The position numbers were made by a program, and so were the translations under genes. Source: Myxococcales bacterium (GTDB taxonomy: Bacteria; Myxococcota_A; Polyangia; Polyangiales; DASUME01). Taken from it: DNA of 64,000 nucleotides. The notes beneath the pieces are model-generated. The model was not told where the DNA came from, did not search any database, and worked only from the letters and a program-made list of their open reading frames with translations. Below are positions 49,186 through 59,485 of this stretch, in pieces; position 1 is the stretch's first letter, and the number at the start of each line of letters is the position of its first letter. Location: contig JASGJH010000001.1 of the NCBI GenBank assembly GCA_047601445.1, forward strand, positions 3,648,001 to 3,712,000, written 5' to 3'.

Positions 49186-50562
49186 TCAGTCGAAGGTTCC
49201 GACCTTGGTGTTCTTCTCGGCCAGGATGTCGGCCACCCACTCCGCGATGGTCTTGTCGAGGCCGTTCTTGTTGTAATAGTCGGGACGGAAGAGATGCATG
49301 TGAGGACTGCCCTCCATGCCGTAGTAGCCGAGCTGATCCTCGCCGAAGGTCTGAGCAGCGTCCTTCAACCCCTCAGTGAACTTGGAGCCTGGGTACACCT
49401 CGTCGAGATAGAGCGCCGAGAACACGGTGCTGTAGCCGGGGTCGACCGTGCAGTTGTCGGGTTTCCCCTTGGTAGCGTTGAGACCGGGCGCGAAGAAGGC
49501 GCGGATGATCTCGTCTTGCTTGGTGGAGATGGCGCCACCCAACATGCGGCCCTTGTACTTGGTGTGGAAGTAGTAGTCCGCGAGCGCCTGCGTGAGTCCG
49601 CCGCCGTCTTCGTGGAAGCAATCCTTGCAGTCCTTGGGCAGGACCTTGTCGAGGCCCCACAGCTCGCGCCAACGCTTCTGGAGGCAAGCCGCCATGTACT
49701 CGTCGCGCATGGGAATGCCGGAGTCGGTGATGCCGATGACCTTGCCGCCGTAGGGCTTGAAGAACTCCTGGGTACGGTCGAAGTTCAGGAGCGTACCGAA
49801 GCCACCCGCGCTCGAGCCGGTGAGCAAGATGGTCTTGGCCGAGGCGAAGCTCGGCCCGAAACTCTCGAGGAACAGCCCGAAATTCGTGTAGCCCACGAAC
49901 TGCTGCACGCCGGGCACATCCTTCACGGTCACATCGGTGTTCACACCCGCGTGGATGTCCCCAGTGCAGTAGGGCACGAAGATCATGTTCCAGTCGCCCA
50001 CCGGGTTGCGTGGGTCACGCTTGAACACGCCCTCCTCCACAGGAAGCTGTCGCCACGGCGACGGGCCGAACACCAGGTTGCCCGTGCCCTGGATCAAGTA
50101 TTCGAGCGGCATGTCCTGGGAGACGTTGACCGGATTCAATCCGCAAAAGAAGTGGTCGGCACAGGCGCCGCCGCCGTTGAGAAAGATCATCAGATCTTTG
50201 GATTTGCCGAGGCGGTAGTAGTAGCCCGCGGGCGAGCCGTCGCGACACTTGGAGCCCTTGGTCTCCACCCAGGTCCAGCCGCTGTAGTCCTCGCCCTTGG
50301 GCAAGCTCGACGGCGTGCTGGCGTCGGGCGTGCTCGAGCCCGGTTCACCGCCGTCACCGTCTCCCGTCCCGAACTCACCGTCGCCGTCGCCATGGTGGCT
50401 GGTGTCCCCATCGCCGACCGCGTCGTCGTCGCCGTCTCCATCGCCGTCTCCATCTCCTGTGGAGGGATAGCCATCGGAGCCGGTCTTCTTCGGACCTGGG
50501 TCGTCGCCACAGGCTGTCAGCACGGGAAGCAGCAGGCACAGCGAAAGGCAGTGCACACGCAT
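49186..50562 (-). CDS. Pectin acetylesterase/Notum-family lipoprotein hydrolase
   Basis: C.DGSPAGYY, FLNGGGAC, VPYCTGD.H.G, LTGSSAGGFG; GDGDGD linker. Confidence 0.88.
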   Translation of the reverse strand: MRVHCLSLCLLLPVLTACGDDPGPKKTGSDGYPSTGDGDGDGDGDDDAVGDGDTSHHGDGDGEFGTGDGDGGEPGSSTPDASTPSSLPKGEDYSGWTWVETKGSKCRDGSPAGYYYRLGKSKDLMIFLNGGGACADHFFCGLNPVNVSQDMPLEYLIQGTGNLVFGPSPWRQLPVEEGVFKRDPRNPVGDWNMIFVPYCTGDIHAGVNTDVTVKDVPGVQQFVGYTNFGLFLESFGPSFASAKTILLTGSSAGGFGTLLNFDRTQEFFKPYGGKVIGITDSGIPMRDEYMAACLQKRWRELWGLDKVLPKDCKDCFHEDGGGLTQALADYYFHTKYKGRMLGGAISTKQDEIIRAFFAPGLNATKGKPDNCTVDPGYSTVFSALYLDEVYPGSKFTEGLKDAAQTFGEDQLGYYGMEGSPHMHLFRPDYYNKNGLDKTIAEWVADILAEKNTKVGTFD

Positions 50563-50764
50563 TACACGTCGAAACATCGAGGAACCTCGCAAAGCAAGAC
50601 GGCCGACTCTCTCGAGTGAACCGTTGACCAAGTGAGGCGAAGCTAACGAGCTATGCGTGCTGCGACGACAGCAGCGGAGGACGCAAAGTAGGCCGCGGGG
50701 GTCAGTCGGTAAGTAGAATGACCGACTACGTCAACGCCGGGGGCCGGCATTTCTGGGAGGCTCG

Positions 50765-51844
50765 ATGCTGCGGTTCGGCCCAGCTCGACCCTCTCTGGTC
50801 CAACCGCTCGCCTTTCTTATGTGCCTGTCGCGCCTCCTCCTCCAGTCGGTGACCGCCGAGCTCCACGAGCGGGGCATCGATCCGCATCCGTTCTTCGATG
50901 ACCTCGACAGCTTGCTGAGCGGACCCAGCATGAGCGCCTCGGGCATCGGTCCACGCCAGATCGAGGTCGCGGTCGAACGCCTGTGTGCTCACGTCGGTGA
51001 TCCCGGCTTTGCGCTCGTCATGGCTCAAGAAGCGCCCGACACCATGCTGCACGTGATCGGCCACTTGATGCTCACCTGCGAGACGGTACTCGAGCGCTTC
51101 CGCGTGTTCGAGCGCTACGCACCGCTCTTCATCCATGGCATCGACTGGCACTTCGAGGAGCACGAGACCGATGCCGTGTTCGGCTTCAGTCCGCCTCCCG
51201 TGGGAGAACCCGCAGCGCGCTTCATCGCCGAGTGGATCCTGGTCTTTGCGCTCAAGGTGGGCCGACAACAAGCGCGTCGCCCGCGTGCCGTACCCCAGGA
51301 ACTGCGCCTCGCCCACAGCGCGCCGAGCTACGCGGATCGCTACGCCCAGGTGTTCGGCTGCCCGGTGCTGTTCGATCAGCCCACCTACTCGCTGGTGTTT
51401 CCCCGCAATCTGGCGGAGCGCCGGCAACCACACGCCGATGCGGTGGTGGCCGCAGCCCTACGCGATGTGGCCGAGGGGCTGTATCGTGAAGCCACCGGCG
51501 CGAGCAGCTTCGTGGAGCGCGTGCGCCACCACATCGCGGCCTTGCCGAGCCTGGCCGAGGTCGACTTCGACTCGGTCTCACGGGAACTCGGTCTAAGTCC
51601 GCGCAGCCTGCGGCGCCGCCTCACCGACGAAGGTCACTCGCTGACGGGTCTACTCGAAGAAGCGCGCTGTCGACGCGCGCGCGACGAACTCAGCATCTGC
51701 GACGAGAGCATCGACGCCATCGCCGAGCGCCTCGGCTATGCGGACACCAGCTCGTTCCATCGCGCGTTCAAGCGCTGGACCGGCCAGACCCCCTTCGATT
51801 TCCGTCGGAGTGCACGGCAGGCTCGATCGGCGGAGGCTCGCTGA
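50765..51844 (+). CDS. AraC-family regulator (start uncertain)
   Basis: FGCPV.F, LGLSPRSLRRRL, IAERLGYADTSSFHRAFKRWTGQTP. Confidence 0.92.
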   Translation: MLRFGPARPSLVQPLAFLMCLSRLLLQSVTAELHERGIDPHPFFDDLDSLLSGPSMSASGIGPRQIEVAVERLCAHVGDPGFALVMAQEAPDTMLHVIGHLMLTCETVLERFRVFERYAPLFIHGIDWHFEEHETDAVFGFSPPPVGEPAARFIAEWILVFALKVGRQQARRPRAVPQELRLAHSAPSYADRYAQVFGCPVLFDQPTYSLVFPRNLAERRQPHADAVVAAALRDVAEGLYREATGASSFVERVRHHIAALPSLAEVDFDSVSRELGLSPRSLRRRLTDEGHSLTGLLEEARCRRARDELSICDESIDAIAERLGYADTSSFHRAFKRWTGQTPFDFRRSARQARSAEAR

Positions 51845-52089
51845 GGCTCGCCGGCGTAGGTGACAAACGTCAGGGGTCGTGAATCCGCTCGCGCACGCCG
51901 TCGCCGTTCAGGTCAAAGTCCACGTCGCCGACCAAGTCCGGGCCGGGGAGACGTCGAGCAACCTCTGCCGTTCGCGAGCGTAGTGGTGGACATGGACGAC
52001 GACTTTTGACGGCGACGGCGTGCGTGAGCGCTCCCGCATCGACGGAACACCTCACCCAGCGTCGCACCACCGACAACGTCAGGCTCTGG

Positions 52090-52572
52090 CTACAGCGCAC
52101 TCTCATTGCGCTGCGCGTTGACCACCAGCTGTTCGGCCAGGCCGTCGGCCAAGAGCCCCTCGATCTTGCCGCCGATCAGCGGCACGCGCGCGGTGATCTC
52201 GAAGGTAGACTCATAGTGACAGCCGGAGGAGCTCGGCGTCAGCGTGCTGCGGCCGCTAACCTTGCCGGGGAAGCCCTGGACCTCCACCGTGTAGTCCGCC
52301 ACCCAGCGATCGCCCTTGCGCGACCACGCGGTGCTCTCCACGGCGCGGTGCGTGGGCTCGAACAGGCGCCTGGCGAAGGCCGGGATGTCGATGGTCTTCT
52401 CGCGCGCGATCACCACGCGCACGCCGTCGCTGGTGGGCTCGACCCGCACGTCCACGTCGCGCTCCCCCGCGGCTTCGCAGCGGCGCTTGAGGAAGGCGGG
52501 GTCTTTCAACAGGGCGATGATCTGGTCGGGGTTAGCCGGGTACTCATAGTGGATCGTGCGCGCTGTCGGCAT
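52090..52572 (-). CDS. DUF2505 / SRPBCC-like protein
   Basis: Y.A.PD...ALL.DP.FL..R and VPLIGGKIE motifs. Confidence 0.85.
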   Translation of the reverse strand: MPTARTIHYEYPANPDQIIALLKDPAFLKRRCEAAGERDVDVRVEPTSDGVRVVIAREKTIDIPAFARRLFEPTHRAVESTAWSRKGDRWVADYTVEVQGFPGKVSGRSTLTPSSSGCHYESTFEITARVPLIGGKIEGLLADGLAEQLVVNAQRNESAL

Positions 52573-52745
52573 GGCGGGAAAGGTGCCACAACGGCCTATC
52601 GAACCGTACTGACAGGGAATGCCTGAAAAGATGACCGCTTTTGCCGAGACCGAGCCTAAGCAGTCAATGAGCTCACGTGCCCCAGGCTGGGTCGACAGTG
52701 TGAAGCGCTGACAGCGGAATGCTTACCGCAGACCTGCGCGTGTTC

Positions 52746-54011
52746 TCACGCTCGCGGGGCGTCCACGCGGACCGGCGCACCGCTCGGAGCCAGCTTGGAC
52801 TCGACGAGGGCCAGCATGAAGGGGAGCAGCGCCGCCAGAGAGGCCGTGACCATGGCCACGTGGTTCATCCCGACGAGCTTGCCGTCGGGCTCTGCGGCCA
52901 ACACCTGCGACGCGAACAGGGCACCGCTCGCCGCGGCCATGTGTTGCACGCAGGACTGGAGCGACATGAAGCGCGCGCGCTCGGTGGGATGGGGGACTCG
53001 GCTGGAGAGGGCTTGCATCGGCACGAAGCGGAAGGAGCCCGTGACCATGAACATCACGAACAACAGCATCACCGGGATGAGCATCACGGAGTGGATGAAG
53101 CCGAGATAGAGCGTGGTCACGTAGAGCACGCTGCCGATGGTCGCGCTGCGCCAGGGGCCGACCCGATCGGTGAGGCGCCCCGCGATGCGCAGGGTGGCGA
53201 AGCTCACGAGCCCGCCCGCCATGTACAAGAGGCCCAGATCCGCGCGCGGATAACCCAGGTTGAACTGCAGGTAGGCCGAGAGGTTGGGGATCAACGCGAA
53301 GTGGCCCGTCATGGAGACCACCGTGGTGAGCAGCGAGAGCGCGACCACGGGGCGTCTCAAGATGGAGAGCAACCCGAGCAACGTGCCGCGTTCCTGACTC
53401 AGGTGAGCGCGCATGGACGGCAAGAGCGGGATGCCCAGCAACGCCACCAGGAGTCCAAGCGCCGCCACCGCGAAGAAGGGCGTGCGCCAGCCGCCCATGG
53501 TGGCGAGCTTGAGGCCCATCGGTACGCCAAGCACCGAGGCCACCGAGAACGAGCTCATCACCACACCCATGGCGCGGCCGCGCCGCTCGACGGGCACGGT
53601 GTCCGCCACGATGGCGAGGGCCACCGAGGTTGCGGGTCCGCCGAACGCACCGGCCAGCACACGGGCACCGATCAGCGAGTAGAAGCCAGTGGCAAGGCCC
53701 CCCAGCGCGGTGGCCGCGACCAACCCCAGCACCGCGGCGACCAGCGCGCTACGGCGATCGAAGCGATCCAGGAAGGTGGCGCCCAAGATGCCACTGACAG
53801 CGGCGGCGGCCGTGTAGGCGCCGCCGACGACGCCGAGGTGCGAGGTGGCGATGCCGAGCTCCTGGGCGAAGTCCGGCCCGAGCGGCATGACCATCATGAA
53901 GTCGAGGACGTTGACGAACTGGACTGCCGCGATCAGCAAGAGGATCTTGCGCTCGCTGGGCAGCTCCTGGGCCGCCAGGACTTGAGGTTCGGCTGGATTT
54001 CGAATGGTCAT
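52746..54011 (-). CDS. MFS transporter
   Basis: VQFVNVLDFMMVMPLGP, DRFDRR, RRGRAMG; about 12 TM helices. Confidence 0.93.
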   Translation of the reverse strand: MTIRNPAEPQVLAAQELPSERKILLLIAAVQFVNVLDFMMVMPLGPDFAQELGIATSHLGVVGGAYTAAAAVSGILGATFLDRFDRRSALVAAVLGLVAATALGGLATGFYSLIGARVLAGAFGGPATSVALAIVADTVPVERRGRAMGVVMSSFSVASVLGVPMGLKLATMGGWRTPFFAVAALGLLVALLGIPLLPSMRAHLSQERGTLLGLLSILRRPVVALSLLTTVVSMTGHFALIPNLSAYLQFNLGYPRADLGLLYMAGGLVSFATLRIAGRLTDRVGPWRSATIGSVLYVTTLYLGFIHSVMLIPVMLLFVMFMVTGSFRFVPMQALSSRVPHPTERARFMSLQSCVQHMAAASGALFASQVLAAEPDGKLVGMNHVAMVTASLAALLPFMLALVESKLAPSGAPVRVDAPRA

Positions 54012-54280
54012 GGGTGTGCGCGCGACGCAGGCGCCCGGCGCGGACCCTAGAACATCGCGGGATCCAGTCGCAAGATCCTCAGCCGGCGTAACACGATCAG
54101 CCGCGAAATGCCGGCGTTCAGCCAGAGTAGGTGCTCACCGGCGCGGGCATGAACACATGGGGCAGCCAGTGCTGGCTAGTTGGGTGGGCCCGCACACGGG
54201 CGTCACCCGCAAGGCCCCTCGAGACCCGGCAGATTCGCGCTTGAGTCGAGATGTGGCAGAGTGCCGGCCGGAGGCTCCCC

Positions 54281-54652
54281 ATGACTGCCCCTCGCATCGA
54301 GTCGTTCGAAGACTTTTGGCCCTATTACGTGGGCGCCCACCGCAACCCGAAGAACCGCGCGTTTCACTACGTGGGAACCAGCAGCGCCGTGCTGTGCGCC
54401 ACGGTGGGGGTCCTGACCCAGAATCCGTTGTTGGTCCTGGCAGCTCCGGTGGTCGGCTACGGCCCCGCCTGGATCGGTCACTTTCTGATCGAGGGGAACA
54501 AGCCCGCCACCTTCGGCTACGCGCGTTACTCGCTGATGGCCGACTTCAAAATGTTGGGCCTGGCCCTGCGCGGCAAGATGGCGGACGAGGTCACGCGCCT
54601 GTTCGGCAGCCCTGCCCCGACCCGCGATGCTCCCATGCTCGCCACCCGCTGA
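54281..54652 (+). CDS. DUF962 / Mpo1-like protein
   Basis: SFEDFWPYY..AH....NR.FHYVGT, GYGPAWIGHF.IEGNKPATF. Confidence 0.92.
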   Translation: MTAPRIESFEDFWPYYVGAHRNPKNRAFHYVGTSSAVLCATVGVLTQNPLLVLAAPVVGYGPAWIGHFLIEGNKPATFGYARYSLMADFKMLGLALRGKMADEVTRLFGSPAPTRDAPMLATR

Positions 54653-54655
54653 CGC

Positions 54656-55171
54656 GTGATTCGAATGCTCCAGCCAAGACTTGGTCTCCCGCTCGCGCTG
54701 TGTCTCGTGAGCTGTATCCAGATCGGCCCTCAGGACAAGAAGGACGACGATAGCAGCTCCAGCACGCCGGCCCCCTTTGCAGGCACCTGGACCTACGCCG
54801 AGCCGCTCGCTCCCTGCTCGCACTTCCTCATCTTCCTCAAGCGCGAAGACGTAGACAGCTACGAGATCGACCTCGCGTGCAATCTCGCCAATGGCGGCGT
54901 GGGCATGCAGGTGGAGTCCGGCGAGTTCGTCCTGGACGAGGACGGCGTGACCATGTTCATGCCCACACGGGCCACTTGCACGAGTGGCCTGGTGACGCCT
55001 CACACCGACACCGTGGTTCAAAACGGCGAGCTCCAGCTCAGCGTGAAGAACGCGGCGGGTGTGGTGCAAGCCTACGACCGCGTGTCGTCGACGGGCCTCG
55101 GGCCGAGCACAACGCTGGGCTGCTTCAGCAGCGACGGCAGCTTCACGCCGAGCTCGCTGACCCAGCTCTGA
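54656..55171 (+). CDS. Hypothetical lipoprotein
   Basis: LVSC lipobox, FAGTW, several Cys; coding bias. Confidence 0.65.
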   Translation: MIRMLQPRLGLPLALCLVSCIQIGPQDKKDDDSSSSTPAPFAGTWTYAEPLAPCSHFLIFLKREDVDSYEIDLACNLANGGVGMQVESGEFVLDEDGVTMFMPTRATCTSGLVTPHTDTVVQNGELQLSVKNAAGVVQAYDRVSSTGLGPSTTLGCFSSDGSFTPSSLTQL

Positions 55172-55216
55172 AGGGCCCTCGCCGCTACGGCAAGCCTGCG
55201 GTGCTAGCCTGGGCGG

Positions 55217-56539
55217 GTGCAGCTCGAGTCGGAGCATCGCGTAAGTCCACAGCACGCCACGGTGAGCGCACGCGCACGCCTACGCAGCGTGTTCGTCGGA
55301 TCCGTCGGCAATCTGGTGGAGTGGTACGACTTCTACGCGTACGCGGCCTTTAGTCTGTACTTCGCCGGGCACTTTTTTCCCGAGGGCGACGAGTTGGCCC
55401 AGCAGCTCTCGGCGGCCCTGGTCTTCGCCTTCGGCTTCCTGGTGCGCCCCCTCGGCGGCTTCCTGTTCGGGCGCATGGCGGACCAGCGTGGTCGTCGACG
55501 TGCCCTGACGGTGTCCGTGCTGCTGATGTGCTTCGGCTCTCTCTTGATCGCGATCACACCCGGCTATGCGGAGATCGGCCACGCAGCGCCCGCCATGCTG
55601 GTGCTGGCGCGCGTGATTCAAGGGCTGAGTTTGGGCGGCGAATACGGAGCGAGCGCGACCTATTTGAGCGAAGTCGCAGACCCGGCGCGCCGCGGCTTTT
55701 GGTCGAGCTTCCAGTACGTGACCTTGCTGGGCGGACAGCTGCTCGCGATCGTGGTGCTGCTGGTGTTGCAGTCGTGGTTGCTCGACGAAGCGCAGCTCAA
55801 GGCCTGGGGCTGGCGCATCCCCTTCGCGCTCGGCGCCGCCTTCGCACTGGTGGCGACGCTCATGCGCAGGGACCTCCACGAGAGCGCGGAGTTCGTGGCC
55901 CTCGAAGGCAGCTCGCGTCACGAGAGCTCGCTGCGCGCCCTGGCACGCTATCCGCGCGAGGTGGCCATCGTGGTCGGATTGACGGCCGGAGGGACCGCGG
56001 CCTTCTACACGTACACCACGTACATGCAGAAGTTCCTCAAGCTCTCGGTGGGACTGTCGGCGCGCGAAACCACGCTGGTCACGGCGGCATCGCTGATGTT
56101 CGCCATGCTCCTGCAGCCACTCTACGGTGCGCTTTCCGACCGCATCGGCCGCAAGGCGCTCCTGATCACCTTCGGTGCGCTGGGCACGCTGTTCACGGTG
56201 CCCCTGTTGAGCGCCATTCAGCACACGCGCAGTCCGCTCGCGGCGCTGGGCCTCTTGTGCGCTGCATGGATCATCGTTTCTGGTTACACCTCCATCAACG
56301 CGGTCGTGAAGGCCGAGCTGTTCCCCGCGCGCGTGCGCGCCACGGGGGTGGGCCTGCCCTACGCGATCACGGTGTCGATCTTCGGTGGCAGCGCGGAGTC
56401 CGTGGCGCTGGCCTTCAAACAGGCGGGCCACGAGCACTGGTTCTACTGGTACCTCACAGGCTGCATTGCGCTGTCGCTATTGGTGTACTCGAGCATGCGC
56501 GACACGCGGAGGGTCTCGGCGATGAGTGGGGAAGAATGA
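55217..56539 (+). CDS. kgtP: MFS metabolite:H+ symporter (alpha-ketoglutarate permease-like)
   Basis: GNLVEWYDFY, QGLSLGGEYGASATYLSE, SSFQYVTL, YTYTTYMQKFL, VKAELFP. Confidence 0.88.
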   Translation: MQLESEHRVSPQHATVSARARLRSVFVGSVGNLVEWYDFYAYAAFSLYFAGHFFPEGDELAQQLSAALVFAFGFLVRPLGGFLFGRMADQRGRRRALTVSVLLMCFGSLLIAITPGYAEIGHAAPAMLVLARVIQGLSLGGEYGASATYLSEVADPARRGFWSSFQYVTLLGGQLLAIVVLLVLQSWLLDEAQLKAWGWRIPFALGAAFALVATLMRRDLHESAEFVALEGSSRHESSLRALARYPREVAIVVGLTAGGTAAFYTYTTYMQKFLKLSVGLSARETTLVTAASLMFAMLLQPLYGALSDRIGRKALLITFGALGTLFTVPLLSAIQHTRSPLAALGLLCAAWIIVSGYTSINAVVKAELFPARVRATGVGLPYAITVSIFGGSAESVALAFKQAGHEHWFYWYLTGCIALSLLVYSSMRDTRRVSAMSGEE

Positions 56540-56618
56540 GCGTCAAACGTGGAGCGCTCCCGCACACCGTCGCCGTCAATGTTCACGCCTACGACCAAGA
56601 TGACGAACCGACGCCGCG

Positions 56619-57068
56619 TCAAGCTTGCGAAGGCTTGAGACTCCGGGTGCCCAGGTAGGCGAAGGCGAGCAAGACGATCAGGTCCACGGCGGGGGGAATC
56701 AGGGTGCGGGGACCGTGGTAGAGCGCATTGCCGAGGGGAGAATCCGAGGTGCGCAGGTCCAGATAGGTGTAGTGCGCTTCGATCAAGAACAGCACGCGCG
56801 CCACCGTCCGCTGGTGTTCGCCGCGCTCCACGTAGCGGCCCAGCAGGCCGATCAGCACGCCGAGCACGACCATGTGCACGAACACCCAGTGGAAGAAGTC
56901 CGCGAAGTGCGGTGAATCCAGGGTCTCCTGGGGTAGCCCGAAGGGTGCCATCGCGACCTTCGCGCCCTGCAACACCATGGAACTCGCCAGGAACACGTAG
57001 ACGAAGGCCACGCTGGTGCAGACGGTCTTGAAACCCGGCAGCGTGGTTTGCGCGGCAAGGGGCGTCAT
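56619..57068 (-). CDS. Small membrane protein (about 4 TM)
   Basis: Four hydrophobic segments; RBS GGAG upstream. Confidence 0.7.
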   Translation of the reverse strand: MTPLAAQTTLPGFKTVCTSVAFVYVFLASSMVLQGAKVAMAPFGLPQETLDSPHFADFFHWVFVHMVVLGVLIGLLGRYVERGEHQRTVARVLFLIEAHYTYLDLRTSDSPLGNALYHGPRTLIPPAVDLIVLLAFAYLGTRSLKPSQA

Positions 57069-57158
57069 GGGTCTCCGGGGCAGACGGTCTCACCGCAAGC
57101 GGGTTCGAACCGAGCTCCCTTCCTCCTAGGGTCCGGGCGCGCGCGCAGACAAGGGTGA

Positions 57159-58808
57159 TCACCAATCGGTGGGCACGTAGTCCTTGAGGAACAAGCCCCA
57201 CACGTGTTGGCCCGTGTTGATGCCGGCGAAGATGGGGTCCACGATGCGTGCCGCGCCGTCGACGATGTCGAGGGGCGGATGGAAGCCCTGTTCGCGCGTC
57301 TTGCGGGCAGCCAGCTCGGCGGCGTCCTCGTCGGTGACCCAGCCGGTGTCCACGCTGTTCATGTGGATGCCGGACTTGACGTAATCGGCGGCCGAGGTGC
57401 GGGTCATCATGTTGAGGGCCGCCTTGGCCATGTTGGTGTGCGGGTGCTTGTCGGTCTTGAAGGTGCGGTAGAACTGCCCCTCCATCGCCGACACGTTCAC
57501 GATGTGCTTGTCGCGCGTGGAGCTGCGTTCCATCAGCGTCTTGAGGCGCGCGTTGAGCAAGAAGGGCGCGACCGAGTTCACGAGCTGCACCTCGAGGAGC
57601 TCCACCGCGGAGACCTCGGCCAATCCCAAGCGCCAGCTGTTGCGCTTGCGCAGGTCCACCTGCTGCAAGTCGGCGTCGAGCTGGCCCTCGGGAAATAGGT
57701 GGACACCGCGCGCGAGGTCCTCGTCGATGAGCGCGAGCTGGGAGAGCGCGGCCGACTCGAGCAGTCCGGCGGCGTGACTCGCGGAGTCCTGAGGCGTCGT
57801 GCCCGCGAGCTGGTCGCCGCGCCCGAGCGCCTTGTGGTGGGCGCTCTGACGCAGGCGCTCGTACTCCGAGAGCAGGCTGCGCTCACGGGCGGGCAAGCTG
57901 GCCACGGGCACCTGCTCCGCACGCATCAGGTGCTGGTAGAAGCCGGCCGGTCGCCGCACGGTCTGGCAGGCGTTGTTGATGATGAAGTCGAGTTGATCGA
58001 ACGAGCCTTCGAGGTGCCTGGCGAAGACCTCCACGCTCGGCGTGTGGCGAAGATCGAGCCCGCAGATCTGCAGGCGCTCCCCCCAGTGCTCGAAGTCGGG
58101 CTCGCGCGCGTAGCGCGCCGCAGCGTCGCGCGGGAAGCGGGTCGTTACGATGACGCGCGCGCCGGCGCGCAACAACATGATGCCGGCCTGATAGCCGATT
58201 TTCACGCGAGCGCCGGTGATCAGGGCCACGCGCCCGCGCAGGTCCGCGGTGTGGGAGCGCTTGCTCCAGTTGAAGTCGCCGCACGTGTCGCACATCGAGT
58301 CGTAGAAGAAGTGCAGCTTGCGGAAGCGCCGTTTGCACACGTAGCAGGCGCGCTCCTCACTGACCTCGGCGGTCACGCTCCACACAGACTCCGCAGGCAG
58401 CTGCAGCGCCGCGTCGATGTCGGCGCCCGCGGCCACGGGCGGCGGGTTCAACTGGGGCGTGAGGAAGACCTCTTCCTGGCGCTTCTTGCGGATGCCCACC
58501 TGCGACAGCACCAACTCGTCGGCAGCCCGCTGGGCTTCGCGGCGCTTCTTGGCTGCCGCACGCACTAGCTCCCGCTTCGCCCACGGGTCGGGTCGCGCCA
58601 CCTCCCCTGCGGCGCGCAGCAACCGTGCGCGCTGCTCGTCCGTAAGCTCGGCCAGCAGCGCGCGGCGTTCGCGCACTGCCTCCAGAAACTCGATGGCGAC
58701 CTGGGCTTGCTCGCGTAGCGACTCCGCACTGGGCACGAGCTCCTCCGCGCTGGGCACGGGCTCGGCCAGCGCCTGCTGGGTCTCGTCTGGAATGGAACGG
58801 CTGGTCAC
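57159..58808 (-). CDS. SDR oxidoreductase with an N-terminal Cys4 (CYVC...CDTC) region
   Basis: ALITGARVKIG, INNACQT, VNVSAMEG, HTNMAKAALNM, VDTGW. Confidence 0.88.
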   Translation of the reverse strand: MTSRSIPDETQQALAEPVPSAEELVPSAESLREQAQVAIEFLEAVRERRALLAELTDEQRARLLRAAGEVARPDPWAKRELVRAAAKKRREAQRAADELVLSQVGIRKKRQEEVFLTPQLNPPPVAAGADIDAALQLPAESVWSVTAEVSEERACYVCKRRFRKLHFFYDSMCDTCGDFNWSKRSHTADLRGRVALITGARVKIGYQAGIMLLRAGARVIVTTRFPRDAAARYAREPDFEHWGERLQICGLDLRHTPSVEVFARHLEGSFDQLDFIINNACQTVRRPAGFYQHLMRAEQVPVASLPARERSLLSEYERLRQSAHHKALGRGDQLAGTTPQDSASHAAGLLESAALSQLALIDEDLARGVHLFPEGQLDADLQQVDLRKRNSWRLGLAEVSAVELLEVQLVNSVAPFLLNARLKTLMERSSTRDKHIVNVSAMEGQFYRTFKTDKHPHTNMAKAALNMMTRTSAADYVKSGIHMNSVDTGWVTDEDAAELAARKTREQGFHPPLDIVDGAARIVDPIFAGINTGQHVWGLFLKDYVPTDW

Positions 58809-58838
58809 GGCGGCCCGAGCATAGCCGCGTCCGCGCGC

Positions 58839-59408
58839 TCAGCTACTGGCCAGGATTTCCCGCTGTTTCAGGCGCTCGGCCCGGGCCGCGAGGCGCACCC
58901 GACGACGCTGTTCCATGAGCAGATAGCTGGCGCCAAACCCCATGGCCGCCGTCGCAGTGGCCACCACCAACACCCCGAAGAGAAACGCGATCACATGGCC
59001 GCGCGCGTCGTGCCAGAGCCGCGTCGAGATCTCACCGGCGTTCGTCAAAGTGAGCTTCTGTACCTCGGCGAGCAGATCGACCTGCACGGCGGCCGGACGC
59101 AAAAGAGGCAAGCCAACCCCGAAATAGGCCAGCGGATAGAAGAACAGGAACAGCGTCGGCGGGGTCGCGACGAAGGACGACACCAGCGCTGGCCCCTTGG
59201 GGACGCGCGCGATGTGAGCGGCCAACGCGGTGAGCGCCAGTGCGATGCCGAGCGTGGGCAGCACGGCGATCCAGATGCCGAGCGCCACCGACCAGGCCAC
59301 GCGGCCGCTGTGACCGTGACGGGGCAACAGCCGATGCGCGTAATAGCGGAGCGTGCGGGAGAAACTGCGGCGCCTGGGTGCGCGCGCGCGGACGCGCGGG
59401 GAACTCAT
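58839..59408 (-). CDS. DUF2062-like membrane protein
   Basis: RVAWSVALGIWIAVLP and P.T...FYPLAY..G pattern. Confidence 0.7.
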   Translation of the reverse strand: MSSPRVRARAPRRRSFSRTLRYYAHRLLPRHGHSGRVAWSVALGIWIAVLPTLGIALALTALAAHIARVPKGPALVSSFVATPPTLFLFFYPLAYFGVGLPLLRPAAVQVDLLAEVQKLTLTNAGEISTRLWHDARGHVIAFLFGVLVVATATAAMGFGASYLLMEQRRRVRLAARAERLKQREILASS

Positions 59409-59485
59409 GGTGACGCCAGCCTAGCAGACGCCGGTCACAACGTGGCGCAGGCGACGAGACAGAGGCGCCCAGCCCACGCTCGCAC

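Noticed and set aside
50345..50455. GDGDGD tandem repeat
   Set aside because: Low-complexity coding linker common in myxobacterial lipoproteins
51870..51960. DLNGDG Ca-binding-like motif in a short minus-strand ORF
   Set aside because: Too short with no credible start; at most a gene remnant
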